The translations under genes and the position numbers were made by a program. From positions 57,346-121,345 of the forward strand of contig NIVC01001854.1 of the NCBI GenBank assembly GCA_002269645.1: DNA of 64,000 nucleotides, given 5' to 3'. The notes under the pieces are model-generated. The model had not been told where the DNA came from, ran no database searches, and saw nothing but the letters and a program-made list of their open reading frames with translations. Of the stretch, positions 63,191 through 64,000 are shown piece after piece. Source of the stretch: Macrostomum lignano (taxonomy: Eukaryota). Numbering within the stretch: position 1 is the first letter of the stretch; every line of letters starts with the position of its first letter.

Positions 63191-64000
63191 CTGGTAAAGG
63201 ATTCAGTTGTTGGTGCTTAAACAAGATGATATAATTAAAACATAGATTTTCCTTTTTATGACTTCGAAGTAAGTTCGTTCGTGAGCTTCAATTTGCCCTT
63301 CTCAATTCGGCCGGCTGTTCTGAGCTGCGATATAATATCTAAATAAAGCAGATTTACTGTATCGTAGCCTACAATATATTTGAACTGGGATTGCAGCTTA
63401 ATTAACTACTTTTTTAACTGCAGCTGCCTTGAAGATTGATCGATGCAAGCCCACACAGCTCCGTACTAACCTCAGCTAACTCTGCTTAACCTGTAGCGCC
63501 GGTGGTGCGCAAAATCACTCGGCTAGGCGCCTGCGATAGAAATGCAAGTGCTTGAGTAGCGCGCGACCATCCACTGTCTTAGCACTGTCTCAACTGAGCT
63601 AATGGCTGTACAGTGTACACCTTGACATCTTGGAGCGACTTGGCGTACTTCCAATTATTTCATTTTAACAAAATTGTGATCTACATGTGTTTAAATTACC
63701 AATTAAAATAGTAGCTAAGGACAGAACTAAAGGACTAACGCAAGGACCACTAGGAACACTTCGTTATATAAGGACGTAACACTCTCGATTCGTGTGAAAA
63801 TAGTGAAGGCCGATTTTCGTTCTCGCATACATTAGTGAGATAGAGGAATTGCATGATTTTCAACATAATCTGCTGTTTGCAGAAGCCTAGGGCTATTAAT
63901 TTCCGAAATTTGCAGAATGTAACCAGAAACACTTAGCTAAATAATGTTATTTCGTGGTTTAGTCATATTTTTGTAGTTATTTACAATTTTTTACAACTTA

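Noticed and set aside
63490-63660. Candidate next upstream exon of cadherin B (…VILRTTGAT G|GTTAAG)
   Set aside because: The donor phase fits, but the frame hits a stop within about 30 codons and I could not align it to A exon 9. It is left unannotated and may be error-ridden or intronic.

Overview
This window is eukaryotic, intron-rich animal DNA with no prokaryotic genes or CRISPR arrays. GC-rich exons and introns packed with simple repeats resemble a free-living flatworm such as Macrostomum (inference only). I assembled seven spliced or single-exon genes by hand using GT-AG sites and phase checks. (1) A secreted degenerate-PAN plus fibrinogen-domain protein (-). (2) Cadherin A, a complete 28-exon protein of about 2,430 aa with about 20 repeats (+). 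(3) A 90-aa secreted tandem double-knottin (ICK) peptide that the ORF track misses (+). (4) An intronless secreted conodipine-type PLA2-fold protein lacking the catalytic His-Asp (+). (5) An Rh-family ammonium transporter (+). (6) A Doc2/rabphilin-like tandem C2 protein (+). (7) Cadherin B, a convergent paralog of A whose 19 exons match A's exons 10-28; it is 5'-partial and has three single-base frameshifts (-). Mobile DNA includes a TTAA-flanked piggyBac remnant built from two inverted copies of the same end, a hAT-like MITE, CORE-type and other tRNA-derived SINEs, and three non-LTR retrotransposon 3' fragments. About 25 different tandem repeats generate most of the long spurious ORFs. The best leads are the double-knottin and pseudo-PLA2 pair, the cadherin pair with its conserved cytoplasmic motif, and the symmetric piggyBac.
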